DNA of 24,000 bases from Rhizobium phage RHph_TM40, in sequence record MN988522.1; one strand, given 5' to 3'. Within the stretch, counting starts at the first letter, position 1; each line of letters begins with the position of its first letter. The position numbers and the translations under genes are program-made. Under the pieces are notes generated by a model, which had not been told where the DNA came from, searched no databases, and saw only the letters and a program-made list of their open reading frames with translations. This document shows, piece after piece, positions 13,912-22,335 of this stretch.

Positions 13912-15858
13912 ATGACTGAATCAATTTCGATTATGACGCCACTCCAGCAGATGTTCCATCGTCGTGGTATGTACATCGGTGGCGCTGAGAATCCTGAAAT
14001 CCTAGCTAAGGAACTTATCGATAACGCACTCGATGAACTCCTCTGCGGTTATGCCGATCGAATTGAATTCGATTGGGATCTCAAAGAAGGATGGTTCAGG
14101 ATTCGAGATAATGGTAGAGGCATGCCTCTATCTCAGTTCCATACTGAAGATCAGGACATGTCTGGATTGAATGGAGCTATTCAGGCTCGTCTTCTCTTCA
14201 CTCGACCATTCTCGTCTGGTAAGTACGACAAGAATAACTACAAGTATTCGTCCGGTACGAATGGTGTAGGTATCAAGGCAGTCAACGTTTTCAGTACGAA
14301 GACTGAAGTACGTGTCAAGGATAAGAAGCTCGTTCATAATGGCGATCTGTATCATCTCACTCTTGGATGGACTGAGCCAGAACGTGTCCAGACAATTGAT
14401 GAGCAGTGGATTGATGCTAGCACGATTGAAGACTTCTGGTGGTCTACTGAAGTCAAATGCTATCCGAATATGGAAGTCTTTAAGACGATCAAGTGCAAGA
14501 TTCGTGAGACTCAGCTTCAGCTAGCTAAGACTTCGAAGCCTACCTGTAAGATCGTTGTCAATGGTGAAGAGATCAAGCCATTCTCATTCCGTGAGAGTGT
14601 TACTAATGATCTCCTTCTGAATAAGACTTTCAAAGTCAATGTCACGGTTGGATATACCAACTTCGAGATTGAACTTGGATGGTCCTCTAAAGATTTCAAT
14701 TCCTACTATCGTGGAGCAGTCAATCTTGGTTCATGTAATGAAGGTTGGCATATCAAGGAGACCAAGTATGCAGTAGGTCGAGTACTTGCTGGATATGATG
14801 ATCTGTTGACTAACTCGGATGCCGAGTACGGTCTCCGTATGTTTATCAACTGCCTGATCTCTGAACCGATCTACACTTCTCAGACCAAGGAGAAGTTAGC
14901 TGGTGTGACTGACTTCGATGTATTCAATGAAGCATTGATGCGTAAGAAGTATGCCGATCTTATCGAGAAGGATGAGAACGGTAGAGAGAATGTCGTCAAG
15001 GCTAAGGAAGCAGTCAAGAATGATCCTGAATTCCTGAAACCTGAGTTGCTCTATGCTGCTATTCAGAAAGCTGTCAAGAAAGAACTTGACCAGGATGAAT
15101 CGTTCAAGACAGTTCTTGTTAAGAGAATTGTTGAGTACAAGAAATCTGTCCAGAAACTATCTGAGCAGAGCTTCATCAATTCTATCGTTAAGACTGGCAA
15201 TCATAAGATCGCTAGAAATTCGGTAGTAGGTATCAAGGAAGCAGGGTCTGCTGATCGTGCTAAGTGCGAACTCTTCATCTGCGAAGGTAAGTCTGCAGAA
15301 GGTAATCTTCTTCAGAAGAGAGATCGTATGTTCCAGGCAGTCTTCCCTCTTCGTGGTAAGCCATTGAATGCTGCCAATGTGAGTGACATCAAACAGATTC
15401 TTGAGAATCGTGAGATGAAGACTCTGGTCAACGGTATCGGTGCAGGTATTCTTCCTCAGGTCGATCTTACTCATGCTCGTTATGGTAAGTTGATCATCCT
15501 TACAGACGCTGACCCAGACGGTAAGAATATTGAAGCTCTCATTATCGGAGCTCTCTTGTTCTTGAATCCTAAGGTCATTGAAGCAGGTATGCTATATACA
15601 GTAGCTGCTCCTCTGTACAAGCAGGATGGTAAGCTTCTATATTCAGAGAAGGATCTGAATATGAAGAAGAAATTCAAGAGATTCAAAGGTCTCGGATCGA
15701 TGATGGCTGATGAACTTGAAGCTAGTGCTCTGAAGTCAACTACACGTAAGCTACGTCAAATCACATTAACTGAAGCTCGTGAGAAAGCTCTCGAAATCAT
15801 TACTTCTTCTCACGAGAAGAAGCGTATTATGACAACCAATAAAATCCTAGTCGAGTAA
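13912..15858 (+). CDS. Type II DNA topoisomerase large subunit, GyrB/ParE-like (T4 gp39 plus gp60 equivalent, unsplit)
   Basis: GHKL ATPase 'AKELIDNALDEL', 'IRDNGRGMP', 'GTNGVGIKAVN'. TOPRIM 'FICEGKSAEGNL...LRGKPLN', 'IILTDADPDGKNI'. 'FKGLGSM'. RBS CGAGGAG. Confidence 0.95.
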   Translation: MTESISIMTPLQQMFHRRGMYIGGAENPEILAKELIDNALDELLCGYADRIEFDWDLKEGWFRIRDNGRGMPLSQFHTEDQDMSGLNGAIQARLLFTRPFSSGKYDKNNYKYSSGTNGVGIKAVNVFSTKTEVRVKDKKLVHNGDLYHLTLGWTEPERVQTIDEQWIDASTIEDFWWSTEVKCYPNMEVFKTIKCKIRETQLQLAKTSKPTCKIVVNGEEIKPFSFRESVTNDLLLNKTFKVNVTVGYTNFEIELGWSSKDFNSYYRGAVNLGSCNEGWHIKETKYAVGRVLAGYDDLLTNSDAEYGLRMFINCLISEPIYTSQTKEKLAGVTDFDVFNEALMRKKYADLIEKDENGRENVVKAKEAVKNDPEFLKPELLYAAIQKAVKKELDQDESFKTVLVKRIVEYKKSVQKLSEQSFINSIVKTGNHKIARNSVVGIKEAGSADRAKCELFICEGKSAEGNLLQKRDRMFQAVFPLRGKPLNAANVSDIKQILENREMKTLVNGIGAGILPQVDLTHARYGKLIILTDADPDGKNIEALIIGALLFLNPKVIEAGMLYTVAAPLYKQDGKLLYSEKDLNMKKKFKRFKGLGSMMADELEASALKSTTRKLRQITLTEAREKALEIITSSHEKKRIMTTNKILVE

Positions 15859-15860
15859 CA

Positions 15861-16760
15861 ATGAACGATTTTAATGTAATCCTTACAGGTTCTGCTGGTT
15901 ACATTGGAAGCATCGTTGGCGATCGTCTACTGAAATCCAATTCGATTGATTTGGAGACAGTAGACGTCGTCTCTGACGTTCTTCCAGTAGATACTATCTT
16001 AACTGAAGTTGGTAATCTATCCAACAAGTCATCTGATGTCCTTGTTCATCTTGCTGCAAAGATCTCAGTAGTCGAATCTCATAAGCAAGCTCGTCAGTAC
16101 TACGAGAACAATTGTAGTCAATTCCATGAGATGTTGAATGATCGTGGTAACTATTTCAAGCATGTTATCTATGCATCCTCTTTCTCGATTTATGATTCTG
16201 ATTTGAGTATCTATCCTCAGTCTGTCTATGCATCCACCAAATACGAAGGTGAATGGATTCTCAAGAGATGGGCTCAGATGACGAATCGAGATTATTCAAT
16301 CCTACGATTTGCCAATCCAATTGGCGTTAGTCAATCACTTCACTCTCATATTGCAGACCGTATTCAATCGAGCTATGCTAATGTTATGTGGAGACTTGCT
16401 CGATGCAAATTACTAGGTGAGATGTTCTACATTCATGATCTACCTGGTATGACACGTGATTTTTATCCCGTTGAATGGATTGGATACGCTATCGATTGGA
16501 TCGCGAAGAATGGTCCCGTAGGTACTGTAAATCTAGGTAGTGGTAAGCCTGTATCGGTTATGGATCTTCTTCAGCATATCTGTGAGAAGTATAATATCAG
16601 TTACAAATATGTTCTACCACCTGAAGGTACTGCTCTAGGTATTACCAAGAAGGTTGATGTATTCAAAGAAGGTATTCCTGATTTTGATACATACGATCCA
16701 GTTGTATATTGTGAGAAGTCGTTTTTAGATTATCTATCGTTGATTCAGAACGCGAACTAA
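15861..16760 (+). CDS. NAD-dependent epimerase/dehydratase (extended SDR)
   Basis: 'VILTGSAGYIGSIVGDRLL' Rossmann GxxGxxG, 'VHLAAKISVVES', 'YASSFSIYD', 'YASTKYEGE' (YxxxK). Confidence 0.9.
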   Translation: MNDFNVILTGSAGYIGSIVGDRLLKSNSIDLETVDVVSDVLPVDTILTEVGNLSNKSSDVLVHLAAKISVVESHKQARQYYENNCSQFHEMLNDRGNYFKHVIYASSFSIYDSDLSIYPQSVYASTKYEGEWILKRWAQMTNRDYSILRFANPIGVSQSLHSHIADRIQSSYANVMWRLARCKLLGEMFYIHDLPGMTRDFYPVEWIGYAIDWIAKNGPVGTVNLGSGKPVSVMDLLQHICEKYNISYKYVLPPEGTALGITKKVDVFKEGIPDFDTYDPVVYCEKSFLDYLSLIQNAN

Positions 16761-16777
16761 CGCTAGATTAGCCTTCC
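16752..16777 (+). promoter_or_regulatory. Copy D of bipartite element GCGAA-N14-GCCTTCC
   Basis: GCGAA 16752-16756, GCCTTCC 16771-16777. Overlaps the epimerase stop and precedes the next start at 16806. Confidence 0.65.
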
Positions 16778-16805
16778 TTCTCGTAGAATGAATAAGAGGA
16801 TCACC

Positions 16806-16988
16806 ATGAAAGATCTACGTGAATTCAAATCTAAGCTTGATGCTAAGTTCGATACTCAGACATCTTGGGGTAAGAATCAGATCAAGCAAGTCATCAATGA
16901 TACTTATATTGAAATCATTGAAAGTAAAGTAGAAGGTACTATCGAGCAGTCGACTCCTTCTAATCGTATCGACGAAGACTCTAAGTAA
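16806..16988 (+). CDS. Small hypothetical protein (60 aa)
   Basis: MKDLREFKSKLDAKFDTQ..., with RBS AAGAGGA 5 nt upstream. Confidence 0.65.
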   Translation: MKDLREFKSKLDAKFDTQTSWGKNQIKQVINDTYIEIIESKVEGTIEQSTPSNRIDEDSK

Positions 16989-17010
16989 TTTTCTAGTCAA
17001 GGTTAACAAT

Positions 17011-18198
17011 ATGAATTTTCTTTATATCACAAGAAGCATTGATCCGCTAGCTGCTGATCATCGTCCTGAAGCATATGATCGTTATCGATTCTATGCTCCG
17101 ATGATGTCACGACTAGCTGAGATCGGTGGAGGTGACGTCTACCTTCAGACTCGTTATAATCCTAAGGATTATCGTCCTGGTGGTACGATTGAAAGAATGG
17201 AAAGAAATTTCCGTCTTCCTAAGAAGTACAAGACTGGTGATAAGATTGATATGATCGTATGTGCCATCTTCTGCCCAGACGATGACATTACATTCAATGA
17301 GGATCTGAACAAGTTTCGTCAGACTCTTGAAGATACAGGTGCTCCGTATATCTATCATGACTCTGACAAAGAATTCTCTACTCAGGACGATCAGCAAGAT
17401 CTTTTCCATCCAGGAAATAAGAACTATTTCCTTCAGACAATATCTAAGCTTCCAGAGGATGATATTCTCCGATCCCGACTACGCTGCGTGGCTACGTCGG
17501 TTCCGGATGCAGATTATCATCAGATTCTGAAGGATAATCTCAAGGTCGATGTAACGTATCTACCTGCTACGTTCTGGGGAGACTGGAAAGATAAGTTTGG
17601 ATACACTCCTCTTTCAGATCGTAAGTACGATCTGACATTCCTTCGTGACTTCTATCTGAATCCGAAGCGTTCAGTCATTTTGAAGAATCTTGGTACTGGT
17701 GTATCGGATATCAGTGTTCTTCTTGGATCTCGTAGTGGCGACCCTTCTAGTCGTGGAGGATACATCAGCCATAAGGTTCCGACGATTGATTTTGATCAGA
17801 TGCGTCAAGGAGCTACGTACAATGATCTATCGAAGTACATGTCTAAGTCTCGTCTGACTCCGTCTACGAGTATTTATATGCGTGTCACTTCTAAGCTATT
17901 CGAAGCAGCTGAGAGTCGTACTCTAGCACTACTCTTCTCTCCGTGCTTCTATTCAGACGTAGTTGATCATCCTTCTGAGGCAGATGCTTATCTGAGTCAA
18001 CTTGCTCTTGTAATTCCAGGATCCACTACTGTAAGTCAGTTGATTACACGTATTCGTAGTCTGACTGATGAAGAATACTTGAAGCTTGTTGAGGTTCAGG
18101 ATAAGCTCGTTGAGACTGTATTCAGTATCAAATCTGATTACATCACAGGCAAGCTGACCAAGATCATCACGGATTATGTAGGTAATGTGAATGGCTAA
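17011..18198 (+). CDS. Putative glycosyltransferase (GT-B-like) of phage type
   Basis: N-terminal 'MNFLYITRSIDPLAADHRPEAYDRYRFYAPMM', central 'DRKYDLTFLRDFY', C-terminal 'SIYMRVTSKLFEAAESRTLALLFSPCF'. Location between the epimerase and a GT-A gene. Family assignment is by overall pattern only. Confidence 0.5.
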   Translation: MNFLYITRSIDPLAADHRPEAYDRYRFYAPMMSRLAEIGGGDVYLQTRYNPKDYRPGGTIERMERNFRLPKKYKTGDKIDMIVCAIFCPDDDITFNEDLNKFRQTLEDTGAPYIYHDSDKEFSTQDDQQDLFHPGNKNYFLQTISKLPEDDILRSRLRCVATSVPDADYHQILKDNLKVDVTYLPATFWGDWKDKFGYTPLSDRKYDLTFLRDFYLNPKRSVILKNLGTGVSDISVLLGSRSGDPSSRGGYISHKVPTIDFDQMRQGATYNDLSKYMSKSRLTPSTSIYMRVTSKLFEAAESRTLALLFSPCFYSDVVDHPSEADAYLSQLALVIPGSTTVSQLITRIRSLTDEEYLKLVEVQDKLVETVFSIKSDYITGKLTKIITDYVGNVNG

Positions 18199-19069
18199 TG
18201 TTCTAGTTACTCTCATTACCAATCGACCAGATATTTCTTCGGAACGATGGATCGGTACCATCGGAAAGCTATCTAAGCTTTCCGAGTACCATGATATGAC
18301 CTACTCGATTCTTCTACAACCTCCTTTTACAGTAGAAGACTGTGATAAAGTTCGTTCTCGAGTAGTTGAAGCACTCGGTCCTAAGAATCAGGTAGTCGTA
18401 GAGCATTTTATTAATCCTCCAGGTCCATTCAATTTTAGAACTGCTCGAAATCAGGCTATGTTGAATGTACCGTATCTGAATACTTTTGACTACGTTCTTA
18501 TCACTGACGATGACTTCAAGTTCAGTGGTCCTACTCCTAAGGGATATGACTCATGGGAACGTTATCATCAGGCTATTAAGTATCTCGATGAAAACCGTCG
18601 ATGCGGTGGTGTATTAATCAAAGGTATGTTTGGATCTCCTCCAGTCGATAAGGGTGGAAATGAGGTATCAAAGGTACATGACGAGTACTACTCGACCAAT
18701 CGAGGCATTCTTCATCGTAATGTGATGAAGTACGATAACGTAGATTGGATCTACTCAAATGAATGCTTCGATTATCCTTCTGCTCTCGAGGATGCAGCAG
18801 CTTGTTTCTCTCGAATTGAGCTCGGCTACTATTATGCTCGTATCTGGAAGTCACCCACCACACCTCTTCCTGTGAAGCAGACATGTGCTGATGACATCCC
18901 TGATGACAATATCTACTCGCGACATATGGTCAATGAAGTAGGTATTGGTAAAGCTATCCGTGAACGTTACGACGATCCTACATGGGAAGTCGATCAGAAG
19001 CGTATGCCTAAGAAACTCAACAATCTTAAACTCGAAGCCATGAACAATCGTGGATGGGTTGTAACCTAA
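18191..19069 (+). CDS. Putative glycosyltransferase, GT-A/GT2-like fold
   Basis: 'FNFRTARNQAMLNVPYLNTFDYVLITDDDFKF' (N-terminal GT2 pattern with DDD metal-binding motif), 'YPSALEDAAACFSRIELGYYYA'. Confidence 0.72.
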   Translation: MANVLVTLITNRPDISSERWIGTIGKLSKLSEYHDMTYSILLQPPFTVEDCDKVRSRVVEALGPKNQVVVEHFINPPGPFNFRTARNQAMLNVPYLNTFDYVLITDDDFKFSGPTPKGYDSWERYHQAIKYLDENRRCGGVLIKGMFGSPPVDKGGNEVSKVHDEYYSTNRGILHRNVMKYDNVDWIYSNECFDYPSALEDAAACFSRIELGYYYARIWKSPTTPLPVKQTCADDIPDDNIYSRHMVNEVGIGKAIRERYDDPTWEVDQKRMPKKLNNLKLEAMNNRGWVVT

Positions 19070-19080
19070 GGAGTCTCGAC

Positions 19081-19320
19081 ATGAAACATCTTCTTGAGAA
19101 AGCAACGACTCTCGTCAAGCAGTCTAATAAACTGACTCTGGAATACCGTAAGTCTCCAGATGAATTGAAATCTAAGACTCAAGAGATCGTCAAGCACTTT
19201 CTCGAATTCAACGAGATCGAATCGAAAGAAGATTTCATAGATCAATTGTCGTCCAAATCTGAGGAGACAGGTAATATGGATTACCTGTCTGCAGCTGAGA
19301 TTATCCGAGAGTACTCTTAA
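19081..19320 (+). CDS. Small charged hypothetical protein (79 aa)
   Basis: MKHLLEKATTLVKQSN... with RBS AAGGAGTC. TAATG overlap with the next gene. Confidence 0.65.
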   Translation: MKHLLEKATTLVKQSNKLTLEYRKSPDELKSKTQEIVKHFLEFNEIESKEDFIDQLSSKSEETGNMDYLSAAEIIREYS

Positions 19321-19625
19321 TGTTTAAAATTACTGTAGAGTCGTCTCAACCTGTTAAGAGTATCAACATTGAGTTCGGTGAAACTCAGGAGACGAAGGCT
19401 GAATTCTATCCTGTACCGACCTTTGAGACTAAAGGTGTAGAGAGTCTTAAATACGAGACTCCTCCTTCATCTGAGTCATATGAAGACGTTCTAGCAAGAC
19501 GAGCATCGACTGTATCGACTACTCCTGTAAAGCCTAAAGAGACTGAGACTGCTCCAGAAGTAGTCGAGGATCTCACTAATCGACCTGCACTTGTTGATCA
19601 ATCCTTTGCAGGATCTACTTTCTAA
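19320..19625 (+). CDS. Hypothetical protein, Pro/Thr/Glu-rich probably disordered C-terminal half (101 aa)
   Basis: Complete ORF, 8 nt upstream of the actin-like gene. Composition suggests a flexible region. Confidence 0.6.
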   Translation: MFKITVESSQPVKSINIEFGETQETKAEFYPVPTFETKGVESLKYETPPSSESYEDVLARRASTVSTTPVKPKETETAPEVVEDLTNRPALVDQSFAGSTF

Positions 19626-19633
19626 GAGGTAAT

Positions 19634-20599
19634 ATGAAAACTGTATTAGGTCTTGATCCTGGGTACGGAGACTTCAAGGTATGCTTCGGTAATTCTAAAG
19701 GGATTATCTCTAAGCTATACAAGTTCAACTCCGTACTAGGTCGTGTTGATGTCAGTCAACATATCAACGATACTCGAGTTTATGGATATAAAGGTACGAC
19801 CTACTATGTAGGTGAGATGGCCTTGAAACTTGAGTCATCTCGAATCATCGACTTGATGTCTTACAACAATCTGGAGACATTCTCTCCTCTCCTGATTGAA
19901 CATGTCATCAATGAACTAGGAGAAGTTCCAGATATCGTCGTATGTGGTCTTTCGATCGCTCACGTTGACTATTCAGGATACTATCGAGATGCGATTCTTA
20001 ACTATCTTGTTAAGGAGAAGAATCTTCCAATCAAGGATGTCCGCATCATCCCACAAGGTGTAGGTGGTAAGTTAACGTATGACAAGTATGGTCGTACATT
20101 CCCTGCCCTCACATCAGAATTCAGTGATGACAACAACTATGTAGGTTGTGATATTGGATTCAATACACTCGATGTATTCCATGTCATTCAGAACAAGGTA
20201 TCTCCTAACTTGATTAGAGGTATTGAGAGTCAAGGTGTAGTCAAGATCGTAACTCGACTTCTTGAGTATATCAAGAATGACTACAGTCTGGAGTTCTCTG
20301 TTAAGGAAGGTAAGAACATCCTTGATAATGGTCAATTTAAGATCCGTGGACGTGAATTTGATGTCACCAAACAGATTGAAGTGATCAAACGTTCTTATCT
20401 TGAAGAAGTCAAGGAACTCATCGAGAATGAATTCGGAGCAGTACTTGACAAGGTCGAGAAGATCAAGATGTTTGGAGGAGGTTCATATCTCTTCAATACG
20501 ATGAATGACTCCTTCATCGAAACTCCAGAATCTCGTGCTGAATACTATAATTCCATCGGGAATTATCTACATGGCTTGACAATTGTCGAGAAAGATTAA
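19634..20599 (+). CDS. Actin-like/ParM-family ATPase
   Basis: Phosphate 1 'VLGLDPGYGDFKVCF', phosphate 2 'YVGCDIGFNTLDVF', adenosine motif 'KIKMFGGGSYLF'. RBS AGAGG. Confidence 0.87.
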   Translation: MKTVLGLDPGYGDFKVCFGNSKGIISKLYKFNSVLGRVDVSQHINDTRVYGYKGTTYYVGEMALKLESSRIIDLMSYNNLETFSPLLIEHVINELGEVPDIVVCGLSIAHVDYSGYYRDAILNYLVKEKNLPIKDVRIIPQGVGGKLTYDKYGRTFPALTSEFSDDNNYVGCDIGFNTLDVFHVIQNKVSPNLIRGIESQGVVKIVTRLLEYIKNDYSLEFSVKEGKNILDNGQFKIRGREFDVTKQIEVIKRSYLEEVKELIENEFGAVLDKVEKIKMFGGGSYLFNTMNDSFIETPESRAEYYNSIGNYLHGLTIVEKD

Positions 20600-20603
20600 T
20601 CTT

Positions 20604-20643
20604 AAGGTCTACTAGAAGAGATTCTAGTAGACCTTTTCTTTTT
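20604..20643 (+). terminator. Intrinsic terminator
   Basis: Perfect 14-bp stem aaggtctactagaa (20604-20617) / ttctagtagacctt (20622-20635), loop gaga, then TTCTTTTT. Confidence 0.9.
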
Positions 20644-20652
20644 GAGGATAAA

Positions 20653-21012
20653 ATGCTCAAATTAGATAGAAGTGTCAAAGAGTCTGAGTGTCTACACTAC
20701 GAATTTGATATTAATGGTGGTTATAGCATTACACTAAAAATCGTCTTTGATGATACTGAAGAGAATGCGATTCACTTTGATTCTCATGATCACGATGTTC
20801 AGATTAATGGATTTAAATATTATATTTTAGACTCAGATACATACAGTAATGGGACATCAATGAGGATTATGAAGATATCGTCTACAAATGATGATAGTGC
20901 TAAATACCTGATGTCTTATATTGAAGGTTTTATCATCAAAAATAAATTAGGAAACTCTAGCGGACTTCGATATAGATCTTATATACGATCAGATCAACAT
21001 TCACTCAAGTGA
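20653..21012 (+). CDS. Hypothetical protein (119 aa)
   Basis: Complete ORF with upstream GAGGATAAA. Confidence 0.65.
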   Translation: MLKLDRSVKESECLHYEFDINGGYSITLKIVFDDTEENAIHFDSHDHDVQINGFKYYILDSDTYSNGTSMRIMKISSTNDDSAKYLMSYIEGFIIKNKLGNSSGLRYRSYIRSDQHSLK

Positions 21013-21021
21013 GGACAGAAG

Positions 21022-21750
21022 ATGGCTCGTTGCTATGTAGGATGTAGTGGATTCTCGTATAATCATTGGAATGATAACTTCTACCCTGCAGGAGTAGAGC
21101 GGTTTTCATTTTATACGAGTCAATTTGATTCATTAGAGATCAATAGTTCATTCTACAGATTACCTAGTGCAAGCGTATTCTACTCATGGTATCGACGATC
21201 ACCTGCTCATATGACATTCACTGTGAAAGCTCCTCAGACGATTACTCATCGTAAGAAGCTAAAGGATGCTGACGATATAGTTCAGAGATTCTATGAGAAT
21301 ACTCTTGAGCTAGGTGACAAGATGAAATGTGTCTTATGGCAGTTACCTCCTAATTTCTCCATAAGAATGTATGATCGTGTCAAGAAATTCTGTGACAGTA
21401 TTCATAACAGATTTCCTAATTCAGCATTCGAGTTCAGACATCCTTCATGGATGCAGACTCACGTACCTCAACTTCTATCTGCATACGACTTTGAGTTTGT
21501 ACGTACAGATTTTCATAAATACGTAAATGTATCCATGGATGGATCCTCGTCTAAATTCCAGTACTATCGATTACATGGACCTACAGGTCAGTATCACGGT
21601 CGCTACACTGATGAGTTTCTTGAGAATATAGCTGATCGTCTAACGGATGGATCATTCGTATTCTTCGATAATGATAGTGGAGGTCAAGCTCCTAGGGATG
21701 CTAAAAGATTAATCAAAATTCTAGAGACAAGAAATGAAATTAAATTATAG
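21022..21750 (+). CDS. DUF72 (YecE-like, TIM-barrel) protein
   Basis: 'CYVGCSGFSYNHWNDNFYP...SLEINSSFYRLPS', 'FTVKAPQTITHRKKL', 'VLWQLPPNFS', 'FEFRHPSWM', 'YYRLHGPTGQYHGRYTDEFL...VFFDNDSGGQAPRDA' is the typical DUF72 pattern. Confidence 0.9.
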   Translation: MARCYVGCSGFSYNHWNDNFYPAGVERFSFYTSQFDSLEINSSFYRLPSASVFYSWYRRSPAHMTFTVKAPQTITHRKKLKDADDIVQRFYENTLELGDKMKCVLWQLPPNFSIRMYDRVKKFCDSIHNRFPNSAFEFRHPSWMQTHVPQLLSAYDFEFVRTDFHKYVNVSMDGSSSKFQYYRLHGPTGQYHGRYTDEFLENIADRLTDGSFVFFDNDSGGQAPRDAKRLIKILETRNEIKL

Positions 21751-22279
21751 AGCATATGCAGGAATTGGATCAAGAAGTACTCCTCCACATATTCTTGAAT
21801 TTATGAGAATTCTAGCATTCAAGCTTGGATCTCAAGAAGATCCGTGGACTGGTCGATCAGGTCACGCTGATGGTGCAGATGATGCATTCGAAGTAGGTAT
21901 GGAACAAGCTAATGGACCTATGGAGATCTTTCTACCGTGGAGAGGTATGGCTAACAGTCGATGTAAGAGTGATTCTCCGTATTACGAAATCAAAACAATT
22001 GCTTACGATCTAGCTTCTAGGATTCACCCTAAATGGTACGGATTAACTCATGGAGCTAAGAAACTTCATGCTAGGAATACTTATCAAGTCTTAGGTTACG
22101 ATCATCAGACTTGGAGTAAAGCTGTTGTATGCTATACTTCTGACGGTCTACCGATTGGAGGTACTCGTACAGCGATTAAGATAGCAGAGATGCACGGTAT
22201 TCCGGTTATCAATCTAGGTGATCCTGAGTGTAAATACGAAACTCCTGATCAAGTTGTGGAATATTTAAACTCTCTATAG
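21734..22279 (+). CDS. SLOG/DprA-like Rossmann-fold protein
   Basis: 'YAGIGSRSTPPHILEFM', 'RSGHADGADDAFEVG', 'EIFLPWRGM', 'VVCYTSDGLPIGGTRTAIKIAEMHGIPVINLG'. The GSR-T / SGHADGAD / GGT.TAI..A...IPV.NL pattern is typical of phage SLOG-family proteins. Confidence 0.82.
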   Translation: MKLNYRAYAGIGSRSTPPHILEFMRILAFKLGSQEDPWTGRSGHADGADDAFEVGMEQANGPMEIFLPWRGMANSRCKSDSPYYEIKTIAYDLASRIHPKWYGLTHGAKKLHARNTYQVLGYDHQTWSKAVVCYTSDGLPIGGTRTAIKIAEMHGIPVINLGDPECKYETPDQVVEYLNSL

Positions 22280-22280
22280 A

Positions 22281-22306
22281 GCGAATCTAGCGTGGGAAAG
22301 CCTTCC
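22281..22306 (+). promoter_or_regulatory. Copy E of bipartite element GCGAA-N14-GCCTTCC
   Basis: GCGAA 22281-22285, GCCTTCC 22300-22306. Immediately after the SLOG stop and upstream of the homing endonuclease. Confidence 0.65.
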
Positions 22307-22335
22307 TTCTTATTGTAGAATGGAGTGCAGATTCA

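Noticed and set aside
12979-15474. Minus-strand ORFs within the topoisomerase genes (13052-13264, 13286-13621, 14128-14355, 15157-15474 and others)
   Set aside because: Fully overlapped by genes with unmistakable catalytic motifs on the + strand.
16788-16805. Upstream ATG (MNKRIT) of the small ORF
   Set aside because: This ATG lies within the sequence that provides the AAGAGGA RBS for the ATG at 16806. The downstream start is more plausible.
19054-19080. Upstream start MGCNLRSLD of the 19081 gene
   Set aside because: A strong AAGGAGTC RBS directly precedes the ATG at 19081.
19570-19633. Search for parC-type iterons near the actin-like gene
   Set aside because: No tandem direct repeats visible upstream or between 20600 and 20652; the only structure there is a terminator.
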